DNA from: Candidatus Nanopelagicales bacterium
GTDB lineage: Bacteria; Actinomycetota; Actinomycetes; S36-B12
Length of the DNA stretch: 41,502 nt
NCBI GenBank assembly: GCA_040265115.1
Contig: JBDQGZ010000001.1
Location: forward strand, 1 to 41,502
Reading direction: 5' to 3'
Within the stretch, counting starts at the first letter, position 1; every line of letters starts with the position of its first letter. The notes beneath the pieces were generated by a model. The model worked only from the letters and a program-made list of their open reading frames with translations. It was not told the DNA's origin and did not search any database. Shown here piece after piece: positions 1 through 9,745 of the stretch. Both the position numbers and the translations under genes were made by a program.

Positions 1-125
1 CGCCACAGGCGGCGAGGACGCCCGCCGCCCCAATCGCCCCTCCTGCGACGATTACCGATCGACGGGAGAGTCCGGCCCCCCGACGCTCCTGCTGCGCTGG
101 TTGATTCGTGTTATTCCCCATGCCC

Positions 126-3011
126 TCAGGCTAACCGGGGCTTGCGTCTCCCGCGACTTCGCTGTGGTCCGGCACCCGGAAGAAGCGGGGCCAGGAAGGT
201 TCCCGTATGGCTGCCCTCGTGACCGGCCACCTCCTCGGGCGTCCCCGTCGTGACAACCCTGCCTCCCCCAGATCCCCCCTCGGGACCCATGTCGATGATC
301 CAGTCGGCGGACTTGATGACGTCGAGGTTGTGCTCGATCACGATGACCGTGTTGCCCTTGTCCACCAGCCCCTGCAAGACGAGCAGCAATTTGCGGATGT
401 CCTCGAAGTGCAGTCCTGTCGTCGGCTCATCCAGAACGTAGATGGTGCGTCCGGTGGATCGCCGCTGCAGTTCCGAGGCCAGTTTGACGCGCTGAGCCTC
501 TCCCCCGGACAGCGTGGGCGCGGACTGACCCAGCCGCACGTACCCGAGTCCGACATCGACCAGCGTGCGCAGGTGGCGGGCAATCGGTGGAACCGATTCG
601 AAGAACTCCAGGGCTTCTTCGATGGGCATATCAAGGACTTCGGCGATCGTCTTGCCCTTGTAGTGAACCTCGAGGGTCTCCCGGTTGTACCGGGCCCCGT
701 TGCAGACCTCACAGGGAACGTAGACATCCGGCAGGAAGTTCATCTCGATACGCAGCGTCCCGTCGCCGGAACACGACTCGCATCGTCCGCCCTTGACATT
801 GAACGAGAACCGACCCGGTGCGTAGCCGCGCACCTTGGCTTCCGGCGTTTCAGCGAAGAGTTTGCGGACGTGGTCGAAGACTCCGGTGTACGTCGCCGGG
901 TTGCTTCGGGGGGTGCGACCAATCGGGCTCTGATCGACATGGACCACCTTGTCCAATTGATCCAGGCCCTTGACCCTCCGGTGTCGCCCGGGAACCGTTC
1001 GCGCACCGTGCAACTCCCGAGCCAGGACGTTGTAGAGAATGTCGTTGACGAGCGTCGACTTGCCCGATCCGCTCACCCCTGTGACCGCCACGAGGCAGCC
1101 AAGGGGGAAGTCGACACTGATGTCCGCGAGATTGTGCTCGCGTGCTCCCTCGACCGTCACCATCCGCTTGCGATCGATGGGGCGACGAATCGCGGGCGTA
1201 TCGATGGCACGACGTCCCGAGAGATAGTCGCCCGTGATTGATTCCGACGACTCGATCAACTCCTCATATGGCCCACTCACCACGATGCGGCCGCCATGCT
1301 CACCGGCTCCGGGACCGATGTCGACGATCCAGTCTGCGGTTCGGATCGTGTCCTCATCGTGTTCGACCACGATGAGGGTGTTGCCCAGGTCACGCAGGCG
1401 AACGAGAGTGTCTATGAGACGTCGATTATCCCTCTGGTGCAGACCGATGCTGGGCTCGTCGAGGACATACAGAACTCCGACAAGTCCCGAGCCGATCTGG
1501 GTCGCGAGTCGGATCCGCTGAGCCTCCCCACCTGCGAGGGTCCCGGCCGGACGGTCGAGGGAAAGGTAGTCCAATCCGACATCGACGAGGAAGGTCAATC
1601 GTTCATTGACCTCCTTCATCACGCGGGCAGCGATCTGTGCATCCCGTCGGTCGAGATCGAGGTTTCCGAGGAAATCGGCTGCCTCACCGATGGGCATCGA
1701 GGCGACCTCGGCGATATTCCGCTCGGCGATGGTGACCGACAGGCTCACCGGCTTCAGCCGAGCACCCTCGCACTCATGGCAGGGCACCTCGCGCATGTAT
1801 CCAGCGAACTTCTCCCGGCTGGTGTCCGTCTCAGCCTCAGCGTGACGCCGTTCGACGTAGGGGATCACGCCTTCGAAGGTGGTGTAGTAGGACCGCTGCC
1901 GTCCATAGCGATTGCGGTACCGGACATGGACCTCGGTCGGATGCCCGTACAGGACCGCCTTGCGCACCTTCGCGGGAAGTTGCTTCCAGGGCGTGTCGGT
2001 GTCGAAGTCCAACTCATCGGCCAGCGCATCGAGCAGCCGAGCGAAGTAGTCCGTCACGTGACCGGCGGACCAGGGGGCGACTGCACCTTCGGCGACACCC
2101 AGGGTGTCATCGGGCACGACGAGCTCGGGGTCGACCTCCATGCGTGTGCCGAGGCCCGAGCAGGCGGGACAGGCACCGAAGGGGGAATTGAAGGAGAACG
2201 ATCGAGGCTCGAGCTCCTCGAAGCTCAACCCGTCACGTAGGCAGGCAAGGTGCTCGCTGAACATCTGCTCGCGCTCTGGATCCTTCGGATCCCGATCGAC
2301 CTGATCGATCGTGACGAGGCCGCCGGATAGCCGGAGGGCGGTCTCCACCGAGTCGGTGAGTCGTCGCCGGTTGCCCTCCTTCACCACGAGTCTGTCCACG
2401 ACGACATCGATCGAGTGCTTCTCCGACTTCTTCAGCTTCGGTGGATCCTCGAGTCCATGGATCTCACCATCGACACGGACGCGGGCATATCCCTGCGCCT
2501 GCAGTTGCCGGAACAGGTCGACGTACTCGCCCTTGCGCTCCCGCACGACCGGGCTCAACACGGCGAATCGGGTTCCCTCCGGCAGGCCGAGGAGGCGATC
2601 GACGATCACCTGCGGCGACTGGCGGGCGATCGGATCGCCGCACTCGGGGCAGTGGGGCTTGCCGATCCGGGCATACAGCAGGCGGAGGTAGTCATAGACC
2701 TCGGTGATCGTGCCCACCGTGGAACGGGGGTTGCGGGAGGTCGATTTCTGATCGATCGACACCGCCGGAGACAGGCCCTCGATGAAGTCCACGTCGGGCT
2801 TGTCCAGCTGGCCGAGGAACTGCCGCGCGTAGGCCGACAGGCTCTCGACATATCGACGTTGCCCCTCGGCGAAGATCGTGTCGAACGCGAGGCTCGACTT
2901 GCCTGATCCCGATAGGCCTGTGAAGACGATGAGGGCATCGCGCGGGAGGTCGAGGTTGACGTCCTTGAGATTGTGTTCGCGGGCACCCCGCACCAGCAGC
3001 CGCTCGGACAC
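126..3011 (-). CDS. uvrA: Excinuclease ABC subunit A (UvrA), 961 aa, GTG start
   Basis: Full-length ORF. N-terminus is [25 protein letters not shown]. Two ABC ATPase modules with Walker A ([16 protein letters not shown] and [16 protein letters not shown]). LSGGEAQR signature present twice. Zn-finger Cys clusters ([30 protein letters not shown]). Confidence 0.97.
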   Translation of the reverse strand: MSERLLVRGAREHNLKDVNLDLPRDALIVFTGLSGSGKSSLAFDTIFAEGQRRYVESLSAYARQFLGQLDKPDVDFIEGLSPAVSIDQKSTSRNPRSTVGTITEVYDYLRLLYARIGKPHCPECGDPIARQSPQVIVDRLLGLPEGTRFAVLSPVVRERKGEYVDLFRQLQAQGYARVRVDGEIHGLEDPPKLKKSEKHSIDVVVDRLVVKEGNRRRLTDSVETALRLSGGLVTIDQVDRDPKDPEREQMFSEHLACLRDGLSFEELEPRSFSFNSPFGACPACSGLGTRMEVDPELVVPDDTLGVAEGAVAPWSAGHVTDYFARLLDALADELDFDTDTPWKQLPAKVRKAVLYGHPTEVHVRYRNRYGRQRSYYTTFEGVIPYVERRHAEAETDTSREKFAGYMREVPCHECEGARLKPVSLSVTIAERNIAEVASMPIGEAADFLGNLDLDRRDAQIAARVMKEVNERLTFLVDVGLDYLSLDRPAGTLAGGEAQRIRLATQIGSGLVGVLYVLDEPSIGLHQRDNRRLIDTLVRLRDLGNTLIVVEHDEDTIRTADWIVDIGPGAGEHGGRIVVSGPYEELIESSESITGDYLSGRRAIDTPAIRRPIDRKRMVTVEGAREHNLADISVDFPLGCLVAVTGVSGSGKSTLVNDILYNVLARELHGARTVPGRHRRVKGLDQLDKVVHVDQSPIGRTPRSNPATYTGVFDHVRKLFAETPEAKVRGYAPGRFSFNVKGGRCESCSGDGTLRIEMNFLPDVYVPCEVCNGARYNRETLEVHYKGKTIAEVLDMPIEEALEFFESVPPIARHLRTLVDVGLGYVRLGQSAPTLSGGEAQRVKLASELQRRSTGRTIYVLDEPTTGLHFEDIRKLLLVLQGLVDKGNTVIVIEHNLDVIKSADWIIDMGPEGGSGGGRVVTTGTPEEVAGHEGSHTGTFLAPLLPGAGPQRSRGRRKPRLA

Positions 3012-3120
3012 GTCGTCAGGCTAGTCGTAGGCTGTTCCAGGCGCGCGAGGGGTGACCCATATGGGGCGGCCCTGCCTGAGCAAGCGGGCGGGACACAAGG
3101 GGATCGACAAGGGAGAAGAC

Positions 3121-3798
3121 ATGACCGATGAGGTCGTTGACTACGACGGACACGTATCAGTAGGCGGCCCCTGGGCGACCCGCTCCCTTCCCGGGGTAGA
3201 CATCGTGAAACTCGCAGTCGGTCCCTATGACAACAACTGCTACCTCGTCCGCAGCCAGGCAACGGGCCAGGCGCTTCTGATTGATGCGGCCGCTGAGCCT
3301 GAGCGAATCATGGACATGATCGAGGCGACGGGATCGACGGTGGCGGCGATCCTCACCACTCACGCCCATCCCGATCACTGGCAGGCCCTCGGCAAGGTTT
3401 CGCAGGCGACAGGAGCGCGCACCCTCGCCGGTCGCCTCGATGCCTCGGATATCCCGGTGGAGACCGATGTCCTCCTCGACCATGGCGCTGAGATCGAGGT
3501 GAGCGACCTGCGATTGCGCTCGGTCCACCTGCAGGGCCACACCGATGGTTCGATTGCCGCGATCTACGACGATCCGAGGGGACATCCGCATGTCTTCACC
3601 GGTGACTGCCTGTTCCCCGGGGGTGTGGGAAAGACCTGGGACGACCCCGTCCGATTCGCGTCCCTACTCGACGGCGTCGAACGTGAATTGTTCAATGTGC
3701 TGCCCGACGACGCGTGGGTGTATCCCGGCCACGGTGACGACACGACCCTGGGCCTGGAGCGCCCCCACCTCGCCGAGTGGCGCGCCCGAGGCTGGTAA
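3121..3798 (+). CDS. MBL-fold metallo-hydrolase (glyoxalase II-like), about 225 aa
   Basis: HxHxDH motif (THAHPDHW), followed by downstream His/Asp ligands (HLQGHTDGS, FTGDCLF, YPGHG). I chose the ATG at 3121, preceded by aagggagaagac (RBS-like), over the ORF-track start at 3052. Divergent from uvrA, as in mycobacterial synteny recalled from memory (Rv1637c-like). Confidence 0.85.
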   Translation: MTDEVVDYDGHVSVGGPWATRSLPGVDIVKLAVGPYDNNCYLVRSQATGQALLIDAAAEPERIMDMIEATGSTVAAILTTHAHPDHWQALGKVSQATGARTLAGRLDASDIPVETDVLLDHGAEIEVSDLRLRSVHLQGHTDGSIAAIYDDPRGHPHVFTGDCLFPGGVGKTWDDPVRFASLLDGVERELFNVLPDDAWVYPGHGDDTTLGLERPHLAEWRARGW

Positions 3799-3816
3799 GC
3801 ACTCAACTTTCCAAAT

Positions 3817-3851
3817 CTCGCAAGCTTTCCCGTGTGGAGGCGGTTGCGGAG
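3817..3851. terminator. Weak imperfect hairpin in the 59-bp convergent gap between the MBL hydrolase and TerC genes
   Basis: Hand fold. CTCGCAA (3817-3823) pairs with TTGCGGAG (3844-3851) with one bulged G. A possible inner helix lies around 3826-3840. No T-tract. Shares the 12-mer GTTGCGGAGTTC with the hairpin at 20375-20423. Confidence 0.25.
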
Positions 3852-3857
3852 TTCCGG

Positions 3858-4859
3858 TCATTCCTCTGTTTCAGGTTCGGGATGACGTGGTTCGGTGACC
3901 GTCCCGGCGTGCGCTCGGGCACTCGGATCCCGTCGCACCTTCCACCACGATGCCAGCGTGACGGCAATGAGCACTCCCGCGATCACGGCCAGCGATAAGC
4001 CGGTCTCTATCTTGGGGATCGATGCATTCATCTCATGGGCGAAGGTGAGCACCAGTTTCACCCCGATGAAGATCAGGATGATCGCGAGACCGATCGATAG
4101 GTAGATGAGGCGATCGAGCAGGCCGCGCAGCACGAAGTAGAGGGCCCGTAGTCCGAGTAGAGCCGCCGCATTGGCCATGAAGACCAGATAGGGCTCGGTC
4201 GTCACTCCGAATGTCGCCGGGATCGAATCAAGGGCGAACAGCAGATCGGTGCTGCCGATGGCGATCATGACGAGAAGCAGTGGTGTCACCATACGCTTTC
4301 CGTCGATGCGGGTGAAGATCTTGGTCCCGTCGAAGTTCGGCGCCACGGAGAACCATCGGCGGGTGATACGTACGACGAGGTTCTCCCTGGGTTCGGGATC
4401 GTCGTTTCGGTGACGAGCCAACTGGACACCGGTCCAGATCAGGAAACCGCCGAAGATGACGAAGGTGAAAGAGAAGTACGCCAGCGCAGCCGCGCCGATC
4501 GCAATGAACACCGCCCGGAAGATCAGGGCCAGCATGACCCCGAACAGCAGCACACGCTGGTGCAGGACACTCGGGACCGCGAATTGCCCGAGGATGATGA
4601 CGAAGACGAACAGATTGTCCACACTCAGGGATTTCTCCACGAGGTACGCGGCGAAGAATTGAGTCCCCAGGGTTGGCCCCTGCCACAGCCACACCGTGAC
4701 GCCAAAGGCGATGGCGACGACGATGTAGAAGATCGACCACAGCACTGCTTCACGGAACGACACATCATGCGGGTGACGACTGACCGTGAAAAAGTCGATA
4801 GCGACAAGAGCGAGAATCGCCCCAATCGAGATTGCCCAGATCGCCAGGGTTACCTCCAC
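3858..4859 (-). CDS. TerC-family integral membrane protein, 333 aa, GTG start
   Basis: Polytopic hydrophobic ORF with TerC-type motifs (FAAYLVEKSLSVDNLFVF and LLFALDSIPA). RBS-like aggaaaagga lies about 9 nt upstream. Only 50 nt downstream of the uvrB stop, so it is probably co-transcribed. Confidence 0.9.
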   Translation of the reverse strand: MEVTLAIWAISIGAILALVAIDFFTVSRHPHDVSFREAVLWSIFYIVVAIAFGVTVWLWQGPTLGTQFFAAYLVEKSLSVDNLFVFVIILGQFAVPSVLHQRVLLFGVMLALIFRAVFIAIGAAALAYFSFTFVIFGGFLIWTGVQLARHRNDDPEPRENLVVRITRRWFSVAPNFDGTKIFTRIDGKRMVTPLLLVMIAIGSTDLLFALDSIPATFGVTTEPYLVFMANAAALLGLRALYFVLRGLLDRLIYLSIGLAIILIFIGVKLVLTFAHEMNASIPKIETGLSLAVIAGVLIAVTLASWWKVRRDPSARAHAGTVTEPRHPEPETEE

Positions 4860-4909
4860 CAGCGATCGGTCCTTTTCCTCATTCCCACAGGCTACTCCGC
4901 GGCCCGCGC

Positions 4910-6991
4910 CTAATCCGGGATCGCCGAAGGGGGGGCAGCCTCGGTCATGGCTCGCAGTTCCTTCTTCAACTCGGCGATCTCATCTCGATATCTCGCGGCC
5001 ACCTCGAACTGCAGGCTCCCCGCCGCCGCATGCATCTGATCGGTCAGTTCCGTAATCATCGCTGCCAAGTCCTCGGCCGCTGCGCCACCTCGCAAGGGTC
5101 GTGCAGGCCCCTCTGGGATGACGCGCCCGCTCAGGAGATCTTGCGTGTCCGCATCCTCTCGAGCCAGCAGATCGGTGATATCGGCGATCTTCTTGCGTAG
5201 TGGGGTGGGGTCGATCCCATGCTCGGTGTTGTAGGCCACCTGCTTCTCCCGGCGGCGGTTTGTCTCCTCGATCGCTCGCGCCATCGACGAGGTGATCGTG
5301 TCGGCATACATATGCACCTCCCCGCTCACATTTCGTGCGGCACGACCCGTTGTCTGAATGAGTGAGGTCTCCGAGCGGAGGAAACCTTCCTTGTCCGCAT
5401 CGAGGATGCTCACCAGGGAGACCTCGGGAAGGTCCAGACCCTCGCGGAGGAGGTTGATGCCCACGAGGACATCGAACTCTCCCTGGCGCAGTTCGCGAAG
5501 GAGCTCTACCCGCCGCAGGGTGTCGACCTCGGAATGCAGATATCTCACCCGGACACCCTTGTCGAGCAGATAATCGGTCAGGTCCTCCGCCATCCGCTTC
5601 GTCAGCGTCGTCACCAGGACCCGTTCATTGCGCTGCGTGCGAAGGGTGATCTCGTGGAGCAAGTCATCGATCTGTCCCTCGGTCGGCTTCACCGTGATGA
5701 GTGGATCGATGAGTCCGGTGGGGCGGATGACCTGCTCCACGACCTCTCCCCCACTCTGGGCCAGTTCGAAAGACCCCGGTGTCGCCGAGAGGTACACCGT
5801 CTGCCCGGTCCGCTCGCGGAATTCCTCCCAGCGCAGTGGGCGATTGTCCATCGCACTGGGCAGGCGGAAACCGTGCTCGACCAGCGTCCGCTTGCGACTC
5901 ATGTCGCCCTCGTACATTCCTCCGATCTGGGGCACGCTCACATGGGACTCATCGATGATGAGCAGGAAATCCTCCGGGAAGTAGTCCAGCAGGCAGTTCG
6001 GGGGTGAGCCGGGCTCGCGACCATCGATGTGCAGCGAGTAGTTTTCGATCCCAGAGCAGATACCCATCTCACGCATCATCTCCAGGTCGTATGTGGTGCG
6101 CATCCGTAGCCGCTGTGCTTCCAGCAGACGACCAGAACCTTCAAGTTCCTCGAGCCGTTCGGCAAGTTCAGACTCGATTCCCTCGATTGCCTGACGCATC
6201 CGCTCGGGCCCTGCGACGTAATGGGTGGCGGGGAAGATCGCGATCTCGGTGTCCTCGGTAACGATCTCTCCAGTCACCGGATGCAGTGTCATCAAGCGTT
6301 CGATCTCATCTCCGAACATCTCGATGCGAACCGGGTGAGTCTCATAGACCGGGAATACCTCAATCGTGTCCCCTCGAACACGGAACGTCCCTCGCTCGAA
6401 GGACAGGTCGTTCCGGGCGTACTGAATATCGACGAAGCGGCGTAGCAAGGCATCACGGTCGTGCTCCTCGCCGACCTTCAGTCGCACCATGCGATCCACG
6501 TACTCCTGGGGCGTACCCAGTCCGTAGATCGCCGACACGGTAGCCACCACGACGACATCGCGGCGTGTCAACAGGGAGTTCGTCGCCGAATGCCGGAGTC
6601 GCTCGACCTCCTCATTGATCGAGGAGTCTTTCTCGATATAGGTGTCCGTGGTGGGGACGTAGGCCTCAGGTTGGTAGTAGTCGTAGTAGGAGACGAAATA
6701 CTCCACCGCATTATTGGGCAAGAGTTCGGTGAACTCCTGCGCCAACTGCGCCGCCAGCGTCTTATTCGGCGCCATCACCAGGGTGGGTCGCTGCACGCGC
6801 TCGATCAGCCAGGCGGCCGTCGCACTCTTGCCCGTGCCCGTCGCACCGAGGAGGACGATATCGCGTTCGCCCGCCTCGATGCGCTGAGTCAACTGCTCGA
6901 TCGCCTCGGGCTGATCTCCACTCGGCGAGTACTCCGCAACGACCTCGAACGGCGCGACCGTCCGCTGCAGGTCGGTGATCGGTCGAATCAG
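4910..6991 (-). CDS. uvrB: Excinuclease ABC subunit B (UvrB); 3' end certain, start assigned to a non-canonical CTG at 6991 (alternative ATT at 6988)
   Basis: Helicase motifs ([14 protein letters not shown]) and the C-terminal UVR domain ([20 protein letters not shown]) are present. The ORF-track TTG at 6892 would delete the conserved N-terminal segment [21 protein letters not shown]. That segment is in frame upstream and is bounded by a TAG at 6994-6992. Confidence 0.93.
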   Translation of the reverse strand: MIRPITDLQRTVAPFEVVAEYSPSGDQPEAIEQLTQRIEAGERDIVLLGATGTGKSATAAWLIERVQRPTLVMAPNKTLAAQLAQEFTELLPNNAVEYFVSYYDYYQPEAYVPTTDTYIEKDSSINEEVERLRHSATNSLLTRRDVVVVATVSAIYGLGTPQEYVDRMVRLKVGEEHDRDALLRRFVDIQYARNDLSFERGTFRVRGDTIEVFPVYETHPVRIEMFGDEIERLMTLHPVTGEIVTEDTEIAIFPATHYVAGPERMRQAIEGIESELAERLEELEGSGRLLEAQRLRMRTTYDLEMMREMGICSGIENYSLHIDGREPGSPPNCLLDYFPEDFLLIIDESHVSVPQIGGMYEGDMSRKRTLVEHGFRLPSAMDNRPLRWEEFRERTGQTVYLSATPGSFELAQSGGEVVEQVIRPTGLIDPLITVKPTEGQIDDLLHEITLRTQRNERVLVTTLTKRMAEDLTDYLLDKGVRVRYLHSEVDTLRRVELLRELRQGEFDVLVGINLLREGLDLPEVSLVSILDADKEGFLRSETSLIQTTGRAARNVSGEVHMYADTITSSMARAIEETNRRREKQVAYNTEHGIDPTPLRKKIADITDLLAREDADTQDLLSGRVIPEGPARPLRGGAAAEDLAAMITELTDQMHAAAGSLQFEVAARYRDEIAELKKELRAMTEAAPPSAIPD

Positions 6992-8469
6992 CTATCCCCG
7001 GTGAGCTTGTCGCGCAGGGCCTGCAGCGCCTCATCTGTGGCGAGCGTCCCGGCGTCCTCACCCGTTGCCTCTGAGGAGTAGTTCGACGGGACCTCACCGG
7101 ACTCGAGCATGGCCGCCTGATCCGCGGTCCGAGCCTCGTCCACCTGCTTGCGATGCGCCTCCCAGCGAGCGTGGGCGTCGGCGTACTCCTTCTCCCATGC
7201 AGTCCGCTGATCCTCGAAGCCGGACTTCCACTCGCCGGTCTCGGGGTCGAAGCCCTCGGGACCGATGTAGTTGCCGGATTCGTCGAATGCCGGTGCCATC
7301 CCGTAAAGGTAGGGATCGAACTCCTCGGTCGGGGACTCACTCGACCCAGACTCATTGGCCTGCTTGAGGCTGAGGGAGATGCGGCGTCGCTCGAGATCGA
7401 TGTCGATGACCTTCACGAAGATCTCGTCGCCGACCTGGACGATCTGTTCGGGGATCTCGACGTGACGCTCAGCGAGTTCGGAGATGTGCACCAGCCCCTC
7501 GATACCCTCCTCGACCCGCACGAACGCGCCGAAGGGAACCAGCTTGGTGACCCGGCCAGGAGTGACCTGGCCGATCTGATGGGTACGGGCGAAGTGCTGC
7601 CAGGGATCCTCTTGGGTCGCCTTGAGCGACAGGGAGACGCGCTCGCGATCCATATCGACGTCGAGCACCTCGACGGTGACCTCCTGGCCCACCTCGACGA
7701 CCTCGGAGGGATGGTCGATGTGCTTCCAGGACAGTTCGGAGACGTGCACGAGACCGTCGACTCCGCCGAGATCGACGAAGGCTCCGAAGTTGACGATGCT
7801 GGAGACGACTCCGCTTCGGATCTGGCCCTTGCCCAACTGGGTCAAGAAGGTGTGGCGGACCTCGCTCTGGGTCTGCTCGAGCCACGCGCGACGAGAGAGA
7901 ACGACGTTGTTGCGGTTCTTGTCCAGCTCGATGATCTTCGCCTCGAGGGTCTTGCCCACGTAGGGCTGCAGATCGCGCACGCGGCGCATCTCCACCAGGG
8001 ACGCGGGAAGGAAGCCACGCAGGCCGATGTCGAGGATGAGGCCGCCCTTGACGACCTCGATGACCGCTCCCTCGACGACGCCGTCCGCTTCCTTGATCTT
8101 CTCGATCGTGCCCCAGGCCCGCTCGTACTGAGCGCGCTTCTTGGACAGGATGAGCCGACCTTCCTTGTCCTCCTTCTGCAGGACCAGAGCCTCGACATGA
8201 TCACCGACATTGACGACCTCGTTCGGGTCGACATCGTGCTTGATGGAAAGCTCGCGGGAGGGGATGACCCCCTCGGTCTTGTAGCCGATGTCGAGCAGGA
8301 CTTCGTCGCGATCCACCTTGACGATCACACCTTCAACGATGTCCCCATCGTCGAAGTACTTGATCGTGGAGTCGATGGCGGCGAGGAATTCCTCCGCGGT
8401 GCCGATGTCGTTGACGGCTACCTGAGGGGTCGTGGCAGGTTCGGTGATCGTGGTGGACAGGGACGTCAC
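6988..8469 (-). CDS. rpsA: 30S ribosomal protein S1, 493 aa from the GTG at 8469
   Basis: Four or more S1 repeats ([67 protein letters not shown]). I chose the GTG at 8469 because ggag sits about 11 nt upstream. The 27 extra N-terminal residues in the ORF track are Arg/Pro-rich and not S1-like. Confidence 0.95.
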   Translation of the reverse strand: MTSLSTTITEPATTPQVAVNDIGTAEEFLAAIDSTIKYFDDGDIVEGVIVKVDRDEVLLDIGYKTEGVIPSRELSIKHDVDPNEVVNVGDHVEALVLQKEDKEGRLILSKKRAQYERAWGTIEKIKEADGVVEGAVIEVVKGGLILDIGLRGFLPASLVEMRRVRDLQPYVGKTLEAKIIELDKNRNNVVLSRRAWLEQTQSEVRHTFLTQLGKGQIRSGVVSSIVNFGAFVDLGGVDGLVHVSELSWKHIDHPSEVVEVGQEVTVEVLDVDMDRERVSLSLKATQEDPWQHFARTHQIGQVTPGRVTKLVPFGAFVRVEEGIEGLVHISELAERHVEIPEQIVQVGDEIFVKVIDIDLERRRISLSLKQANESGSSESPTEEFDPYLYGMAPAFDESGNYIGPEGFDPETGEWKSGFEDQRTAWEKEYADAHARWEAHRKQVDEARTADQAAMLESGEVPSNYSSEATGEDAGTLATDEALQALRDKLTGDS

Positions 8470-8600
8470 AGGGAATGCTCCGAAGGGATGGGTGGGTCGA
8501 CGGACGCGATCCGGCCCGGTGTCCTGGCTGCCACCTCGTGATCGCGGCAAGCCACGAACGAATGTCGATCCAAGACGCCGCGGGACCCCTAGGTCTGGGA

Positions 8601-8624
8601 CCAGCGCGGACCCGAAAGCGCTGG
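8601..8624 (-). terminator. Hairpin downstream of the DUF3068 gene, upstream of rpsA
   Basis: CCAGCGC (8601-8607) pairs with GCGCTGG (8618-8624), giving a 7-bp perfect stem with a 10-nt loop. It lies 44 nt past the stop at 8668. There is no U-tract, which is common in high-GC actinobacteria. Confidence 0.3.
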
Positions 8625-8667
8625 CTCAGGATACGAGCCGGCGCTCCGCAAGGTCAACGCGGGGTGG

Positions 8668-9618
8668 TCAGGCCCTTCTGGGACGGATCGCCACGAGGAT
8701 GATTCCCACCACCAGCAAGACGATGCCGACGATTCCGCCGATCAGCGGCAGGGTGTCGTTGAACAGCCTGATCTGCGAGGCCAGGGAGCTGGCCGTCGAG
8801 ACTCCCTCGCTGACCTCGCTTGCGCTGGTCCCTACTACCGCATCGATGACCGTCACCTTGTCGGTGCCGTCCGGGCCCCGCAGGGTCTGCACCTGACGCT
8901 CCTCGCCCTTCACGATGGCGCCGGTCGTCGGCTCCACCCAGAGGGTCCGCTCATTGGCGTAGTAGCGGGGGGCAACGAAGGATGGCAGGGGGAACCCAAC
9001 AAGATCACCGGGGACTTCCAGAGTCCCGATCTGCCGCGCTTCGATGGTCTGTTCGAAGCGGTAGACGCTCAGACCCTCCAGATCCTCGGTGCCGACGTAC
9101 TGGATCGGCACAGCCTCCTCGAGGGTGGCGTCGAAGTAGCGGTATTCCTTCGGCTCGGTGAACATCGGGAACTTCAGCGGGTTGATCCCGGCGAACTCGA
9201 TCTCCTGGCCGTCGTAGTTGGCCCCGCAGCAGTTAGACAACTCCGACGTCACGCGGTCGAAGGCCACGCGGATCGTCGATGCGGTCACCACGGTGCCGGT
9301 GTTGTCTTCGGTCCGGATGAATGATTCGTAGATCGCAAGGTCATCGGCAAGAGCCTCGGAGGTCTGGCTGGCCGGCACGTCACCGCGGGTGAAGCGCGTC
9401 GCGGTCAGCGGCACATCAGTGCGCTCGGTCAGGGTCGCGGGATCGAGCAGCACGGCGGCGACGCCGTTCTGGTCGGTCTGGGTCACACCGCCAGTGTCCT
9501 CGCCAGGGGATAGCGGCGCCTTGGCGATCGCCGGCACGACGGTGAAGCGCAGCAGCGCCGCGAGGACGACGAGGAACACGCCCAGTCCGATCAGAACGAT
9601 TCCTACACCACGCCTCAT
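8668..9618 (-). CDS. DUF3068 (PorA-family) membrane protein, 316 aa from the ATG at 9618
   Basis: One N-terminal TM (GIVLIGLGVFLVVLAALL) and one C-terminal TM (LIGGIVGIVLLVVGIILVAI) flank a large extracytoplasmic domain. This matches the DUF3068 architecture as I remember it. The ATG at 9618 is preceded by gggagggaaatcg (strong RBS). Confidence 0.75.
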   Translation of the reverse strand: MRRGVGIVLIGLGVFLVVLAALLRFTVVPAIAKAPLSPGEDTGGVTQTDQNGVAAVLLDPATLTERTDVPLTATRFTRGDVPASQTSEALADDLAIYESFIRTEDNTGTVVTASTIRVAFDRVTSELSNCCGANYDGQEIEFAGINPLKFPMFTEPKEYRYFDATLEEAVPIQYVGTEDLEGLSVYRFEQTIEARQIGTLEVPGDLVGFPLPSFVAPRYYANERTLWVEPTTGAIVKGEERQVQTLRGPDGTDKVTVIDAVVGTSASEVSEGVSTASSLASQIRLFNDTLPLIGGIVGIVLLVVGIILVAIRPRRA

Positions 9619-9745
9619 CGATTTCCCTCCCTGGTCGGTCGGATCAGGCCTTTCCGAGGGCAGGCGCACCCGTCAGTCCCTCTCCTGAGGGGGGACCGTA
9701 CCGCAAAAAGGCGCCCTGCGGTGATCAACCCGACATGATGGGGGC

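Noticed and set aside
3012-3120. An SOS (LexA, GAAC-N4-GTTC type) box or a RecA-independent DNA-damage promoter motif in the uvrA / MBL-hydrolase divergent region.
   Set aside because: No GAAC-N4-GTTC palindrome is present by eye. A TTGTCG hexamer exists on the minus strand about 95 nt upstream of uvrA, but it lacks the rest of the recalled motif (GTG and a correctly spaced TAnnnT).
4860-4909. A yybP-ykoY (Mn) riboswitch upstream of the TerC-family gene.
   Set aside because: Only 50 nt separate the uvrB stop from the TerC start. That is far too short for the riboswitch of about 100 nt or more, and no four-way-junction-like pairing is visible.
7153-8541. Long antisense ORFs opposite real genes. 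Examples: 462 aa opposite rpsA, 578 aa at 17801-19537, 439 aa at 29633-30952 opposite the binding protein, 383 aa at 25518-26669 opposite livH, and 344 aa at 207-1241 opposite uvrA.
   Set aside because: These are typical high-GC shadow ORFs. They are Arg/Gly/Asp/His-rich with low-complexity composition and no recognisable motifs. Each exactly mirrors a strongly supported gene on the other strand.
8470-8550. N-terminal extensions given by the ORF track for rpsA. The same applies to polA (24777-24899), aroC (36306-36389), ruvX (38823-38888), the hydrolase (21888-21971), DUF3068 (9619-9669) and the AftD-like gene (15069-15155).
   Set aside because: The extensions are Arg/Pro/Gly-rich and not homologous to the families. 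Several overlap upstream genes. Internal starts with visible Shine-Dalgarno-like sequences reproduce the canonical N-termini.
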